A stretch of DNA of 64,000 nt from Candidatus Hydrogenedentota bacterium (GTDB lineage Bacteria; Hydrogenedentota; Hydrogenedentia; Hydrogenedentales; SLHB01). Location: contig CAVUWV010000028.1 of the NCBI GenBank assembly GCA_963745075.1, forward strand, positions 128,001 to 192,000, written 5' to 3'. Position numbers and translations under genes: made by a program. How positions within the stretch are numbered: the stretch's first letter is position 1; each line of letters begins with the position of its first letter. Positions 39,990 through 50,143 of this stretch are shown here, in pieces. Below the pieces are notes generated by a model that saw nothing but the letters and a program-made list of their open reading frames with translations, was not told the DNA's origin and searched no databases.

Positions 39990-41243
39990 ATGAAGACGGG
40001 TATAACGGCAGGGATTCTCGTCGCGATGCTTCTACCCGTTTCGTTGGTCACGGCTCAGCAGTCGCCCGACGCACCGGGCCAGCTCATTGACTTGTCCGTG
40101 CCGTACCGGGCGATTACGGAGGGTCCCAAGGCCCACTGGTTCGGGTATTACGACAAACAGGAGTTCGATCCTTCTGGCCGGTACGTGCTCGGTATGGAAG
40201 TAGACTTCCAGGGCCGCACGCCAACCCCGGACGACACGGTCAAACTGGGCATGATCGATCTCGAAGACGGCGACACGTGGACCGGAATCGGCGAGTCCCG
40301 CGCGTGGAGCTGGCAACAAGGCTGTATGCTCCAGTGGTTACCCGGGTCGGACCAGGAGGTCGTTTACAACGATCGGGACGGCGACCACTACATCGCGGTG
40401 ATCAAGAACGTCTTCACGGGCGAATCACGTAGCGTCCCCTATCCGATCTACACGGTGAGCCCCGATGGCAAGACGGCCATGAGTGTGCCCTTCGCCCGTA
40501 TCGATGAGACGCGTCCCGGCTACGGGTACAAAGGCGTCGTCGATCCCTATGCGGCCGATCCCCATCCTGCTAACGACGGCATTCGCCGCGTGGACCTCGA
40601 AACCGGCGAAGCCGAACTGATCATCACCTTCGATCAGATTGCGGCGATCCCAGCACCGAAAGAGCCGCTGGGAAAGCACTGGTTCAACCATCTCCTGTTC
40701 AGTCCCACCGGCGATCGGTTCATCTTCCTCCACCGGGCCTTCTGGGAAGAAGGCGGCAAGAGTTGGTCGACGCGTATGTTCACGGCCAACCCGGACGGAT
40801 CGGATATCTACTGCATCGCCGACCAAGGCATGGTGTCCCACTTCATCTGGAAGAACCCGATGCAGATTCTGGCGTGGTCCCGGGAACCGGACATGAAAGA
40901 CCACTTCTTCCTGTATACCGACAAGACGGATACGGCCGAGATGATCGGCGACGGGATTTTGCTTACAGACGGACACTGCACCTATTCCCCTGATGGCGAG
41001 TGGATCCTGACGGATACCTATCCGAACAAGGATCGAATGATGACCTTGATGCTGTTCCGTCCGTCGGATTCCAAACTGGTCAAGCTCGGGCAGTTCTTTC
41101 ACCCGCGCGAACATTCCGGCGAATTCCGGTGCGATCTGCACCCGCGCTGGGATCGTGTTGGCAAGAATATCTGCGTGGATTCGATCTGCACGGGCTACCG
41201 CCAGATGTACCTCATCAACGTCAGCAGCGTTACGGGCGGTTGA
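39990..41243 (+). CDS. Secreted beta-propeller protein (oligogalacturonate lyase-like)
   Basis: Signal peptide; FGYYDK, WQQGCMLQW, NHLLFSP, SHFIW, GHCTYSPDG and DLHPRW. Confidence 0.65.
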   Translation: MKTGITAGILVAMLLPVSLVTAQQSPDAPGQLIDLSVPYRAITEGPKAHWFGYYDKQEFDPSGRYVLGMEVDFQGRTPTPDDTVKLGMIDLEDGDTWTGIGESRAWSWQQGCMLQWLPGSDQEVVYNDRDGDHYIAVIKNVFTGESRSVPYPIYTVSPDGKTAMSVPFARIDETRPGYGYKGVVDPYAADPHPANDGIRRVDLETGEAELIITFDQIAAIPAPKEPLGKHWFNHLLFSPTGDRFIFLHRAFWEEGGKSWSTRMFTANPDGSDIYCIADQGMVSHFIWKNPMQILAWSREPDMKDHFFLYTDKTDTAEMIGDGILLTDGHCTYSPDGEWILTDTYPNKDRMMTLMLFRPSDSKLVKLGQFFHPREHSGEFRCDLHPRWDRVGKNICVDSICTGYRQMYLINVSSVTGG

Positions 41244-41362
41244 GGCCCCGCTCAATTTCAGCAGTCTTGGCGCGGCGGGTTGGAGAATCCGCCCTCCATG
41301 CGCATAATCCGCGAGCATTGCAAGGCACTTTCGATCGCTCATTCACAAAGAGGAACGCTACC

Positions 41363-41809
41363 ATGCAAACACTCGACCGCTTGATCGCATACACCTCGTG
41401 GGCAAACAAGGCTTGGCTCGACTTCGCATTCAGCGCCGGTGCAGCCGATCCGTATTTCGCCGCCATGATCTCCCACATCTACCTCGCAGAACAGGTTTGG
41501 TTTCAGCGGGTCCACAATGAGCCTCTCGACTCCGACGTGTTCGCGACAAAAACGAAGGAGGAACTCCTCCACTTGGCGACGCGACACGATAGCCGGTACG
41601 CCGAAATCCTCGCCGACGACCTCGACCGCACCATTGCCTACCGGCGTTTCAACGGCGAAGCGCATGAATCCGTACTCAGCGATATCCTGCTGCACCTGAT
41701 AACCCACGGGGCACACCATCGCGGCCAGATGGCTACGGCCGCTTCGAAGGCGAAACTCCCCTTCCCCACGACGGATTTCATCAACTACAGTCGCACGGAC
41801 CAGAGATAG
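41363..41809 (+). CDS. DinB family protein
   Basis: YTSWAN, SHIYLAEQVW and HLITHGAHHRGQ. Confidence 0.88.
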   Translation: MQTLDRLIAYTSWANKAWLDFAFSAGAADPYFAAMISHIYLAEQVWFQRVHNEPLDSDVFATKTKEELLHLATRHDSRYAEILADDLDRTIAYRRFNGEAHESVLSDILLHLITHGAHHRGQMATAASKAKLPFPTTDFINYSRTDQR

Positions 41810-41942
41810 TTGCTGCGCACCACAGTGTACTAGGGACCCCCTCCCGGACCATCACGGCGATCAGGAAGGATTCCGGTGGACAATTCGTGGCGGTGGCACC
41901 GATAATAGGACCTTCTGGAATGGTTAAACTGGAGGTTACCCC

Positions 41943-43064
41943 ATGATGCTCCGTCGCGTTTGCATGTCTATACTTCTGCTGGCGAGTTTGTACGTGGCTT
42001 CCGTTGCGCATGCGGCGGACCTACAGACTCTGGCGATCGGCGCCTCCGCGCCCGACTTCTCCCTTCCTGGCGTGGATGGGAAGACATACAGCCTCGCCGA
42101 CTTCGCCGATGCGAACGTGCTGGTGGTCGTGTTTACCTGCAATCACTGCCCCACGGCGCAGGCCTACGAACAGCGCATCCAACAAATCGCGACGGACTAC
42201 AAAGACAAGGGCGTCGCCCTCGTTGCGATCTCCCCAAATGACCCGCTAGCGGTCCGACTGGACGAATTGGGTTACACCAACGTCAGCGACTCGTATGACG
42301 AGATGAAGAACCGCGCCGAACTTCGCGGATATACCTTCCCCTACCTTTACGACGGTGACAAGCAGGAAGTATCGAAGGCTTACGGGCCCATGTCCACCCC
42401 GCATGTGTTTATCTTCGACAAGGAAAGTAAGCTCCGCTTCGCGGGCCGAATCGACGACAACGACAACCCCGAGAAGGTGAAGACCCACGATACGCGCAAT
42501 GCTCTTGACGCGCTCCTTGCCGGTAAGCCCGTGCCCGTCGAGACGACGAAAACTCGGGGATGTTCGATCAAGTGGTCGGACAAGCGCGATTCCGTGAAGG
42601 CCTCCCTCGAACGCTGGGCCCAGGAACCTGTCGACCTGCAGCGCGTCGGCGTGGAAGACATTAAGGAAATCGTAAAGAACGACTCCAAGAACCTGCGTCT
42701 CGTCAATGTCTGGGCGACGTGGTGTGGCACCTGCGTCGCCGAGTTCCCGGATCTCATCGAAATCTACCACATGTATCGCGGCCGGGATTTTGACATGGTT
42801 ACCATCAGCGCCGACGAGATGAAGGATGAAGAGCGTGTCATGGCGTTCTTGAAAAAACACGGCGCGTCGATGCGGAACTACATTTACCACTCCGACGACC
42901 AGTACGCCTTGATCGAGGCGGTTGACCCCGATTGGCAGGGAGCCACTCCACACACCATGCTCATCGCGCCCGGCGGCGAAGTCATCTACCGCCACTCGGG
43001 CGCCATCGACCCGCTCGAAGTCAAGCGCGCCATCGTGGACTACCTGGGGCGGACCTATAACTGA
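41943..43064 (+). CDS. Exported two-domain redoxin (AhpC/TSA-like plus TlpA-like)
   Basis: APDFSLPGVDG, CNHCP and GCSIKW; second domain NVWATWCGTC. Confidence 0.85.
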   Translation: MMLRRVCMSILLLASLYVASVAHAADLQTLAIGASAPDFSLPGVDGKTYSLADFADANVLVVVFTCNHCPTAQAYEQRIQQIATDYKDKGVALVAISPNDPLAVRLDELGYTNVSDSYDEMKNRAELRGYTFPYLYDGDKQEVSKAYGPMSTPHVFIFDKESKLRFAGRIDDNDNPEKVKTHDTRNALDALLAGKPVPVETTKTRGCSIKWSDKRDSVKASLERWAQEPVDLQRVGVEDIKEIVKNDSKNLRLVNVWATWCGTCVAEFPDLIEIYHMYRGRDFDMVTISADEMKDEERVMAFLKKHGASMRNYIYHSDDQYALIEAVDPDWQGATPHTMLIAPGGEVIYRHSGAIDPLEVKRAIVDYLGRTYN

Positions 43065-43084
43065 TTGCGCCACCGGTCTGCATT

Positions 43085-44281
43085 TCACGTTCCCAAATTC
43101 TCGTAATACTTCACATTATGCGTTGCCCGTCCATAGGCAACGATGTCCGGGCGGCCGTCGCCGTTGAGGTCGGCGGCGAGGGCATCTTCGGTGGCCATGC
43201 CGCCGTCGTCGATAACGTGGGTGGCGGCAGCGAGTTCGCCGGTGGCAGGGTCGATAGCGAGATCGTAGATATTCAGTCCGGGAAGTTCGCGGGGACCGGC
43301 CTTGTCGCGCCAGCCAATCAGCACTTCGTCCTGGCCGTCTCCGTCGAAATCGGCCCACCAGACCGCGTGGCCGCCCGCGAGTTGATCGTCGATCACGTGA
43401 CGTTGCCAAGCGCCCTTGTCGAGCGTGTAAACGACCGCCTGGTTCGCATGCCAGGGTTCGATGGTCGCGAGCATGGGCGGGCCATTCACGTTGCGCTTAA
43501 CCTCCCCTGCTCCACTTCGCGGAATCGGTTCTGGATTTCCGGGCGTCAAGAGTGTCGTTTCCCATTCGCCCGACAAATTCCGTGTGAACCGAGTGATTCC
43601 CTCAAAGGACGCGGCCAAAATTGCGTCGCCTTTTCTCTCCCCTTGCGGCACGGGCCAGATATTATGCATGACGTGAAGGGCGTCGCTGATGCTTTCACGT
43701 TCCCACGGCGTTCCCGTGAAATCAGCAGGTGGACGCAATAGAAACAACTGCGCCCCGGTGTCGGTGAAGTTCGGGGGCTGGGAATCGCGGCCTTTCAGCG
43801 GTGCAACAACCAGTTCCGGCTTACCGTCGCCTTCGACATCGGCCCAGCGAATGCGATGTAGCGTCGGCTCTTCATCCAACAACGTCACCACAATCCACGG
43901 CTGTTGCACATCTTCGCCATGTTTCAATAGAAACAAGGCCCCACCCGATGCAGTGTTGTTGAACTGCCAGTCTGCGCCCAGCGCCAGTTCGGGGACACCG
44001 TCCCCATCGAGATCCTGCGGTGCAATGCAAACGTTTGAATTACGAATCGTATCCGCAATGAGATGCCGTTCCCATGTCGGATTCTCATACCACGACACAT
44101 CTTCGCTGCTGACACCGACGATGTCCGGCATCCCGTCCCGGTTCAGATCCGCCACCGTAATGGCGAGGCCCGTACCCGCGTCGGGGTTGATGACATGCTC
44201 TTTGAACTCCGGGAAAGACGACTGGCCAAAAGCGGCAAGTGGAAACAAAACGGCAATTGCGGAGGCGATTAAGCGCGACAT
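43085..44281 (-). CDS. Secreted FG-GAP/VCBS beta-propeller (aldos-2-ulose dehydratase propeller-like)
   Basis: Repeated DLNRDGMPD, DLDGDGVPE and DFDGDGQDE motifs; His motifs LHRIRW, MHNIW, EPWHAN and GHAV. Confidence 0.75.
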   Translation of the reverse strand: MSRLIASAIAVLFPLAAFGQSSFPEFKEHVINPDAGTGLAITVADLNRDGMPDIVGVSSEDVSWYENPTWERHLIADTIRNSNVCIAPQDLDGDGVPELALGADWQFNNTASGGALFLLKHGEDVQQPWIVVTLLDEEPTLHRIRWADVEGDGKPELVVAPLKGRDSQPPNFTDTGAQLFLLRPPADFTGTPWERESISDALHVMHNIWPVPQGERKGDAILAASFEGITRFTRNLSGEWETTLLTPGNPEPIPRSGAGEVKRNVNGPPMLATIEPWHANQAVVYTLDKGAWQRHVIDDQLAGGHAVWWADFDGDGQDEVLIGWRDKAGPRELPGLNIYDLAIDPATGELAAATHVIDDGGMATEDALAADLNGDGRPDIVAYGRATHNVKYYENLGT

Positions 44282-44473
44282 GGCCGAACTCCTTTATCTC
44301 CAAAAAAGGGAACCTTGCCAGATCAGTGTACCATGGAGCGACAGGGACGGATAGGCTCCGATGCGTTAGAACGGTTCCGTTGCGTATCCGAGGGATCGGG
44401 TCTACAATGGATGCACTCGCCGGGGGGGCTTAGGGACGTTGGCAGCCGCAGGCGGGCGCACAGGGGGAATACC

Positions 44474-45658
44474 ATGGACGGCCCGCAGGCCAAGATCAAC
44501 CGGGTAATTGCAGCGCTCGAAAACCGCGAAGCGGACCGGGTGCCTATCGGCGAATTCTTCTGGACCAACTTTATCCGCCGCGCCAAGCAGGAGCTGGACG
44601 TCGGTGACGATTTCAATCCTTACACCTACTGGGACCTGGACATGGTGGTCCTCAACCCGAACATGGACCCCCACATTAAAAACGTGCAGGTGGTCGAAGA
44701 TACGGACGAACACAAAGTGGTCCGCACGGGTTTCGAAGCGACGATCGAACTGAAGGGCACCTACCCCATGCCCCGTTACGCCGATTTCGATACGAAGACC
44801 TACAAGGACATGGAAACCTTCGAATTCGACGATCCCCGCGATCCGCGGCGTTATACCCAGGCCATTGACGATCAGATCAACTCCGTCGCCGACGCATTGA
44901 ACCTGGGCCTTCCGTCCTTTGTCGAGCGCGTGGATTCCTTCGCCCCCAATCTCTGCGTGTTCGGAAGCGTGTGCGAGCCCCACGAAATGATCTGGCGGAT
45001 CGTCGGTACGGAGAACATTTTGTACAAACTTGGCGAAGATCCCGGCCGCGTGGCCGTCTTTATCGAACGGCTCGGGGATTTTCTGGTGGGCATTGCCGAG
45101 GCGCAAATCGAAGCGGCGAAGGGAAAGCTTTCCGGGCTCTACATCTGGGGCGACGTTGCCTACGACCGCGGGATGTTCTTCTCGCCGGACTACTGGCGCC
45201 AAGTGTATAAGCCCCAACTTCGCCGGATCTGCGATGTCATCCACAACGCCGGCCTTAAAGCCATTTATCACGGATGCGGTAACGCCTCCGTGTTGTTCGA
45301 AGACATGATTGACGCAGGCGTGGACGCCTACAACCCGCTGGAAGCAAAGGCCGGCCTCGACGTGGTCGAGCTAAAGCGGCAGTTCGGATCGCGCTGGGCT
45401 TTCAATGGCAACATCGACGTGCGCGTGCTCGCCACGAACGATCGGGACACCATCCGGCGAGAGATCCTCACGAAACTCAACGCGGCCAAGGGCGGCGGCT
45501 ACATCATTCAGTCCGACCATTCCGTGCCGGACAACGTTGATCCGGCCAGTTACGATTACGCGCGCCAGCTCGTCCGCGAGTTCGGGGCCTATCCCTTGGA
45601 CCTGGGAGAATTCGACGTCGATGTGTCGCAAGCGGCGGGTACAACACAGCCCAAGTAG
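44474..45658 (+). CDS. Uroporphyrinogen decarboxylase / MtaA-CmuA methyltransferase family protein
   Basis: EADRVP, WGDVA, YHGCG, GNID and GGGYIIQSDHS. Confidence 0.85.
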   Translation: MDGPQAKINRVIAALENREADRVPIGEFFWTNFIRRAKQELDVGDDFNPYTYWDLDMVVLNPNMDPHIKNVQVVEDTDEHKVVRTGFEATIELKGTYPMPRYADFDTKTYKDMETFEFDDPRDPRRYTQAIDDQINSVADALNLGLPSFVERVDSFAPNLCVFGSVCEPHEMIWRIVGTENILYKLGEDPGRVAVFIERLGDFLVGIAEAQIEAAKGKLSGLYIWGDVAYDRGMFFSPDYWRQVYKPQLRRICDVIHNAGLKAIYHGCGNASVLFEDMIDAGVDAYNPLEAKAGLDVVELKRQFGSRWAFNGNIDVRVLATNDRDTIRREILTKLNAAKGGGYIIQSDHSVPDNVDPASYDYARQLVREFGAYPLDLGEFDVDVSQAAGTTQPK

Positions 45659-45698
45659 ACATAGGAGTTTTCACAGGAATTGACGTACGACAAATACA

Positions 45699-45853
45699 AC
45701 ATCCCCCTTATCCCCCTTCAAAGGGGGAAATTCGCAACGCTTCGCGTTGCGTGGAGGTTAGCAACGTCTTAAAGCCGGAGTGGTTCGCGGTGCATAGACT
45801 GGCGACTGTAGTTATACATAATTCCCCCTTCGAAGGGGGATCAAGGGGGATGT
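45699..45853 (+). repeat. REPIN/MITE-like element, copy 2 (155 bp)
   Basis: Same inverted arms as copy 1; internal CGCAACGC-TTC-GCGTTGCG hairpin. Confidence 0.85.
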
Positions 45854-45893
45854 TCCCGGTGTTGAGAGCGTCGAACGATTTGGGAAAATCACC

Positions 45894-46217
45894 ATGACAC
45901 GCTATGGGATGGTAGTTCGCGTAAAACCGGATCGCCTGCAAGAGTACAAGCAGCTGCACGCGGCCGTGTGGCCGGACGTGCTGAAAAAGATTACGGAATG
46001 CAACATCCGGAACTACTCCATCTATCACAAGGACGATCTACTCTTCAGCTACTTCGAGTACGTGGGCGACGATTTCGACGGCGACATGGCCAAGATGGCC
46101 GCAGACCCCGTTATTCAAAAATGGTGGGATGTGTGCAAGCCTTGCCACGAGCCTCTGCCCACGCGGGCCGAAGGCGAATGGTGGGCCAACATGGACGAGG
46201 TGTTTCACTGGGATTGA
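45894..46217 (+). CDS. rhaM: L-rhamnose mutarotase family protein
   Basis: EYKQLHAAVWP, NYSIY, LFSYFEY, KWW and EVFH motifs. Confidence 0.85.
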   Translation: MTRYGMVVRVKPDRLQEYKQLHAAVWPDVLKKITECNIRNYSIYHKDDLLFSYFEYVGDDFDGDMAKMAADPVIQKWWDVCKPCHEPLPTRAEGEWWANMDEVFHWD

Positions 46218-46259
46218 GCACGTTTGGGGCCGCTGCTTCACGGGCTTCTCATGCTCGTA

Positions 46260-46344
46260 CTCGAAATCGGAATCGCTATCGGGATCGGAAGCAAAAGCAC
46301 TTCACATTTCGATGCCCGATCCCGATAGCGATCCCGATTTCGAG
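46260..46344. repeat. 29-bp-arm inverted repeat built of ATCGNN hexamers
   Basis: CTCGAAATCGGAATCGCTATCGGGATCGG ... CCGATCCCGATAGCGATCCCGATTTCGAG (one mismatch). Confidence 0.75.
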
Positions 46345-46403
46345 TCAGACGATTCCGGAGACAGGGCGGTAGATGATCTTCTGGCCGACGGGGGAAACAT
46401 GCG

Positions 46404-47519
46404 ATGACGAGTAAAGAACGCATATTGCGCGCGCTGCGGCGTGAGAAGCCGGATCGGTTGCCGGTCTCGGTGCACCAATGGCAAGGCTTCCACCTCGACG
46501 AATACCTCGACGGCATCAGCGACATCGAGGCTTTCGAGCGGTTTGGAATGGACGCCCAGATCCAGTATTTCGAAGAAATGGGTCAGTTCTGGATGGTCAA
46601 CGCCGATTTTGAGAAGGCCTCAACGCAGGAATGGCAAGACGAAATCACGGTAATCAACGACAACCCGGACCATCGCGTCATCCATCACACCATTCACACG
46701 CCGTCCGGGACGCTTACCTACAAGACGGCCGGCGACCGGAGGACGACGTGGATCACGGAATACCTCATCAAGCGCGACGAAGACATTGAGGTGATTCGGA
46801 AACACATGCCCGTTCCCGTGCTGGATCTGAAACCGGTGGCCAAAGCCTACGACCGCGTGGGCGACCGCGGCATTCTGCGCGGGTTTGTCTGGGGCGACCA
46901 AGCGGGCTGTTGGCAACACGCTTGCTGCCTGGCAGATACCAGCTTCCTCATTCTGCGATGCCTGAGCGATCCGGACTGGGTTCACGGCTTGCTCGCGGCA
47001 CTGCTGGAGAAGAAGCTCCGTTTTGTCGAGTCCATGAAAGGCGCAAAGTTCGACGTGATCGAGACGGGCGGCGGCGCGGGCTCCTCAACCGTGCTCTCAC
47101 CGGATCTGCACCGCGAGTTCTGTCTGCCCTACGACCACGAACTGCACGACGCCTTGCATAGCCTCGGCTTCCTCGTCACGTACCACACCTGCGGCGGCAC
47201 CTTCGGCATCGAAGACGCCATCGTTCAAAACGGGTGCGACATCTCCGAGACCCTGGCCCCAAAAAGCATCGGCGGCAACCAGGAGCCCTGGGAATACAAG
47301 GCGAAGATTGGCAACCGCCTCGCCCTCATCGGCGGGTTGGATCAATTCAGTGTGCTCACCGAAGGTTCGACGGAGCTCATCCGCACCAAAGTCCACGAAC
47401 TCTTCGAAAAAGTCGGTCACGACGGCGGCTACGTCTGCTCTCTCGCCGATCACTTCTTCGACACGCCCGTGGAGAACCTCCAAGCCTACGCCTACGCCGC
47501 GCGGGAGTGCGTGTATTGA
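46404..47519 (+). CDS. Uroporphyrinogen decarboxylase / MtaA-CmuA methyltransferase family protein
   Basis: MTSKERILRAL...PDRLP, YHTCGG, GGLDQ and GGYVCSLADH. Confidence 0.85.
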   Translation: MTSKERILRALRREKPDRLPVSVHQWQGFHLDEYLDGISDIEAFERFGMDAQIQYFEEMGQFWMVNADFEKASTQEWQDEITVINDNPDHRVIHHTIHTPSGTLTYKTAGDRRTTWITEYLIKRDEDIEVIRKHMPVPVLDLKPVAKAYDRVGDRGILRGFVWGDQAGCWQHACCLADTSFLILRCLSDPDWVHGLLAALLEKKLRFVESMKGAKFDVIETGGGAGSSTVLSPDLHREFCLPYDHELHDALHSLGFLVTYHTCGGTFGIEDAIVQNGCDISETLAPKSIGGNQEPWEYKAKIGNRLALIGGLDQFSVLTEGSTELIRTKVHELFEKVGHDGGYVCSLADHFFDTPVENLQAYAYAARECVY

Positions 47520-47592
47520 CGCGCAGGGTCTTACCCGCTTGTTGATGCGCTGCTCATCGAGTGCACTACGTTTGTCCGTCTTTTGTCAATGG

Positions 47593-49779
47593 TTAGTAAT
47601 GCAGGGCTCTGGCCAACACCCTCCGAACGTGCGGATTGTCTGGATACTTGGCTTGAAGGTAGCGTAGCGCGTCGAGGTAGTGTTCGCGTTCCTCGGCAAA
47701 CACTGTGTGCATGGAGTTGGAAACTGCGGCACCTACTCCCGTGGCCAGTTGCGTCAGCACATGCATGTCGTCGGGGTGCTTTCTTTGAAGTTCGCCCAAT
47801 TCGTTAAGGAGAACCGTACGCTGGTCTCGATCGTCCTCCCGGATGGCCAGCTTGAGCGTGTTTAGCACGGCCGTGGCCAGGTCCTTGCGTATGCTGGCTT
47901 CTTCAGGATGAGCGCGCTGGATCCCGCGCAACAATTCGAGCAGACGCTCGCGCCGTTCGAGGTCGTTTTCCCGTCTGGTCCGGCTGAGGACTGTAGACAA
48001 TCCCGAGATCAGTCGATCGCGTATCGTCGCGTCTGCGGGATGCGCCGTGTGCAGTTTGGCTAAGTTTTCGAGCATCGCGTCACAATACGGTATGGCGTCT
48101 TGCAGGAAGGCTTCGTTCACTACGTCGCTCAACGATGTCGCTAACGTAACGCGTACGCCTTCGTCGTCGGCACGGACCACGTTCAGCGTGCGAATCTCCT
48201 CGTTCAGTGCATCTCGCAGGGAATCATCGTATTGCCTCATCGCGGAAGCGAGGGCATTCAGCAATGCATCGAGCAGTTTTACCTGTGTCTGCGCGTCATC
48301 GGGATTGGCGCGGTGGAGGCCCCGCAATTCATCGAGGTGGCTGTCACTATCGGATTCCATCGCCGGTAGCGCGGGCGTTGCATTGTCCTTAGGGTACTGT
48401 CGCTTGAGGTTGTTCAGTTCATAGAGCAAGATACTGCATTGTGAAGCGTTGCCTTTTGACCGCGCGTAGTTAAGCGCGTCGGACAACGCATTCTCCAATT
48501 GGATACGCACGGATCTGTCCTCTGCGTGGTTCGCATGGAGGAATCGTAATTCCTGCAGATACGCATCGCGCCATTCATGGTCGCCATAGAATGAAGCCCG
48601 CCGGAGACTGTTGGCTAACGCTCGAGCAAAGTGCACGCGTATTCGCTCGTCCTGCGGGTCCTCCGTATGAACACTTCGCAACTCTCCGAGGAGTTCGTCG
48701 CGACGCAAGAGATCGTATTTCCAATTGGTGGCTTGGAGGGTGTTGAAAAGGGCCAAGGCAAGATACTCTTGTGCCTGAGCGTTCTTGGGGTGAGCAGCGT
48801 GCAGCTTTCGCAGTTCGTTCAGCAGAACCTCGCGACGCGCGACGTCATTCTCCCCAAAGGCGTGATGGAAGGCGCTGTACACCCCCTTGACAAACGCGTC
48901 GTGAACGTGGACGTTGTCGGGATAATCAAATTGGAGGTTGCGCAATTCATTGAGATTGCCGTCGCGAACGTGGACGTCAACTTCTCCACCATTAGAATCA
49001 AGACTGCGCAACAATGCCGCCGCCAGTCTCTCGCGAACACCTGTATCCGAGGGATTTGCCTTATGACATACCCACAACTCTTGAACCTCGACCCGGCGGC
49101 GCATAAGCGCCTCCTCATGGCTATTCTCGGGTATTTCTCCGGTCTTAACACTCTGACCCCGGATTTTGACTATTCTCTTGGGATAGCGAGCAATCAATAG
49201 CTCCTTGACAAAGAGTTTGGAGGCCTCCTCTGCGTAGCCCGCGCCCGCCAATCCGTAGACTAGTTGTCTTTCAACGTAAGAATTTCCCGGAAAACGGGCA
49301 TAGAGATCGCGTAGCTCTTGGAGTCGGACCTCGATCTGCTCGCGATCAGAGTCTTTAATTGCGCTACATAAAATACGGGAAAGTGCCTTGACAAGCTTTC
49401 TGGCTATGTGTGCGTCCTTAGGATATTTAGCACTGAGTTCACGCAATTCATCGAGTAGAGCGTCGCGCCCTGTGAAGTCCTTCTCAAGATTGGCCACTAG
49501 GAGCATTTTGGAAAGTCCCATAGCCAATTGCTCGCGGACGCACGGGTCGTCAGGATAGGCATTATGCAGGTAGCGCAACTCGTTGAGCAGGTCATCGCTT
49601 TGTGTACTGTCGCCCGCTCCACAGACGTCGAAAAGCGTGCGCAACAACTCCACGGCCAGGCGGCCCCGTGCATCGGCGTCATCAGGCTGCTCCCGTTGCG
49701 CCCTCCGCAACGCGTCGAGTGCCTTGTCGTCGCGCTTTCCGGATTCGGGCTGCTCATCTGTCGAATCGGATGATGCCAA
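47593..49779 (-). CDS. Alpha-solenoid protein of about 16 degenerate 44-aa repeats
   Basis: Consensus LxELRxLHxxxPxDxxVRxxLAxxL recurs every 44 aa; no catalytic domain or signal peptide seen; TTG start uncertain. Confidence 0.8.
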   Translation of the reverse strand: MASSDSTDEQPESGKRDDKALDALRRAQREQPDDADARGRLAVELLRTLFDVCGAGDSTQSDDLLNELRYLHNAYPDDPCVREQLAMGLSKMLLVANLEKDFTGRDALLDELRELSAKYPKDAHIARKLVKALSRILCSAIKDSDREQIEVRLQELRDLYARFPGNSYVERQLVYGLAGAGYAEEASKLFVKELLIARYPKRIVKIRGQSVKTGEIPENSHEEALMRRRVEVQELWVCHKANPSDTGVRERLAAALLRSLDSNGGEVDVHVRDGNLNELRNLQFDYPDNVHVHDAFVKGVYSAFHHAFGENDVARREVLLNELRKLHAAHPKNAQAQEYLALALFNTLQATNWKYDLLRRDELLGELRSVHTEDPQDERIRVHFARALANSLRRASFYGDHEWRDAYLQELRFLHANHAEDRSVRIQLENALSDALNYARSKGNASQCSILLYELNNLKRQYPKDNATPALPAMESDSDSHLDELRGLHRANPDDAQTQVKLLDALLNALASAMRQYDDSLRDALNEEIRTLNVVRADDEGVRVTLATSLSDVVNEAFLQDAIPYCDAMLENLAKLHTAHPADATIRDRLISGLSTVLSRTRRENDLERRERLLELLRGIQRAHPEEASIRKDLATAVLNTLKLAIREDDRDQRTVLLNELGELQRKHPDDMHVLTQLATGVGAAVSNSMHTVFAEEREHYLDALRYLQAKYPDNPHVRRVLARALHY

Positions 49780-50143
49780 AGGGCAAACCTCCAGCGCCGA
49801 AACTCATTGACACGTATCGGTAATCTACTACGGGCTGTTGAGGGTGTCAAACTATCCGAACGTGAATACCGGTTTCCCTTGGTCCGATCCGAATCAGCTA
49901 TGGCGTGGCGTTGCGCCATCCCGGCAATGGGGGTTGACAACGTTTGCGCCCTCTACTATAGTCTCCGATTGCAGGGCTGTTTGATTCTTTGTTTTCTTGG
50001 TGGCGATTTCTTTGCGGCACGTTTCTATGGACATCCATGTATTGCCGGTGAAAAACACGCCACTTCGACGAGTAGTTGTGTAACTCTGAGATTCTGTTCC
50101 GGGACCGCGTGAGGACACGCAAACCAGATGAAGGAGTACGCGC

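Noticed and set aside
45708..46028. Small ORFs sharing NIPLDPPSKGE / SPFEGGSRGMF peptides (also 52175-52492 and 54326-54604)
   Set aside because: They are translations of the palindromic DNA repeat, not a protein family.
44474..47519. hemE gene symbol for the URO-D-family genes
   Set aside because: The RQAGR HemE signature is absent and an H-x-C metal motif is present.
49778..49830. GGGCAAACC as a c-di-GMP-I riboswitch
   Set aside because: The following GAAA-capped stem and GACGCAAAGC elements are missing.
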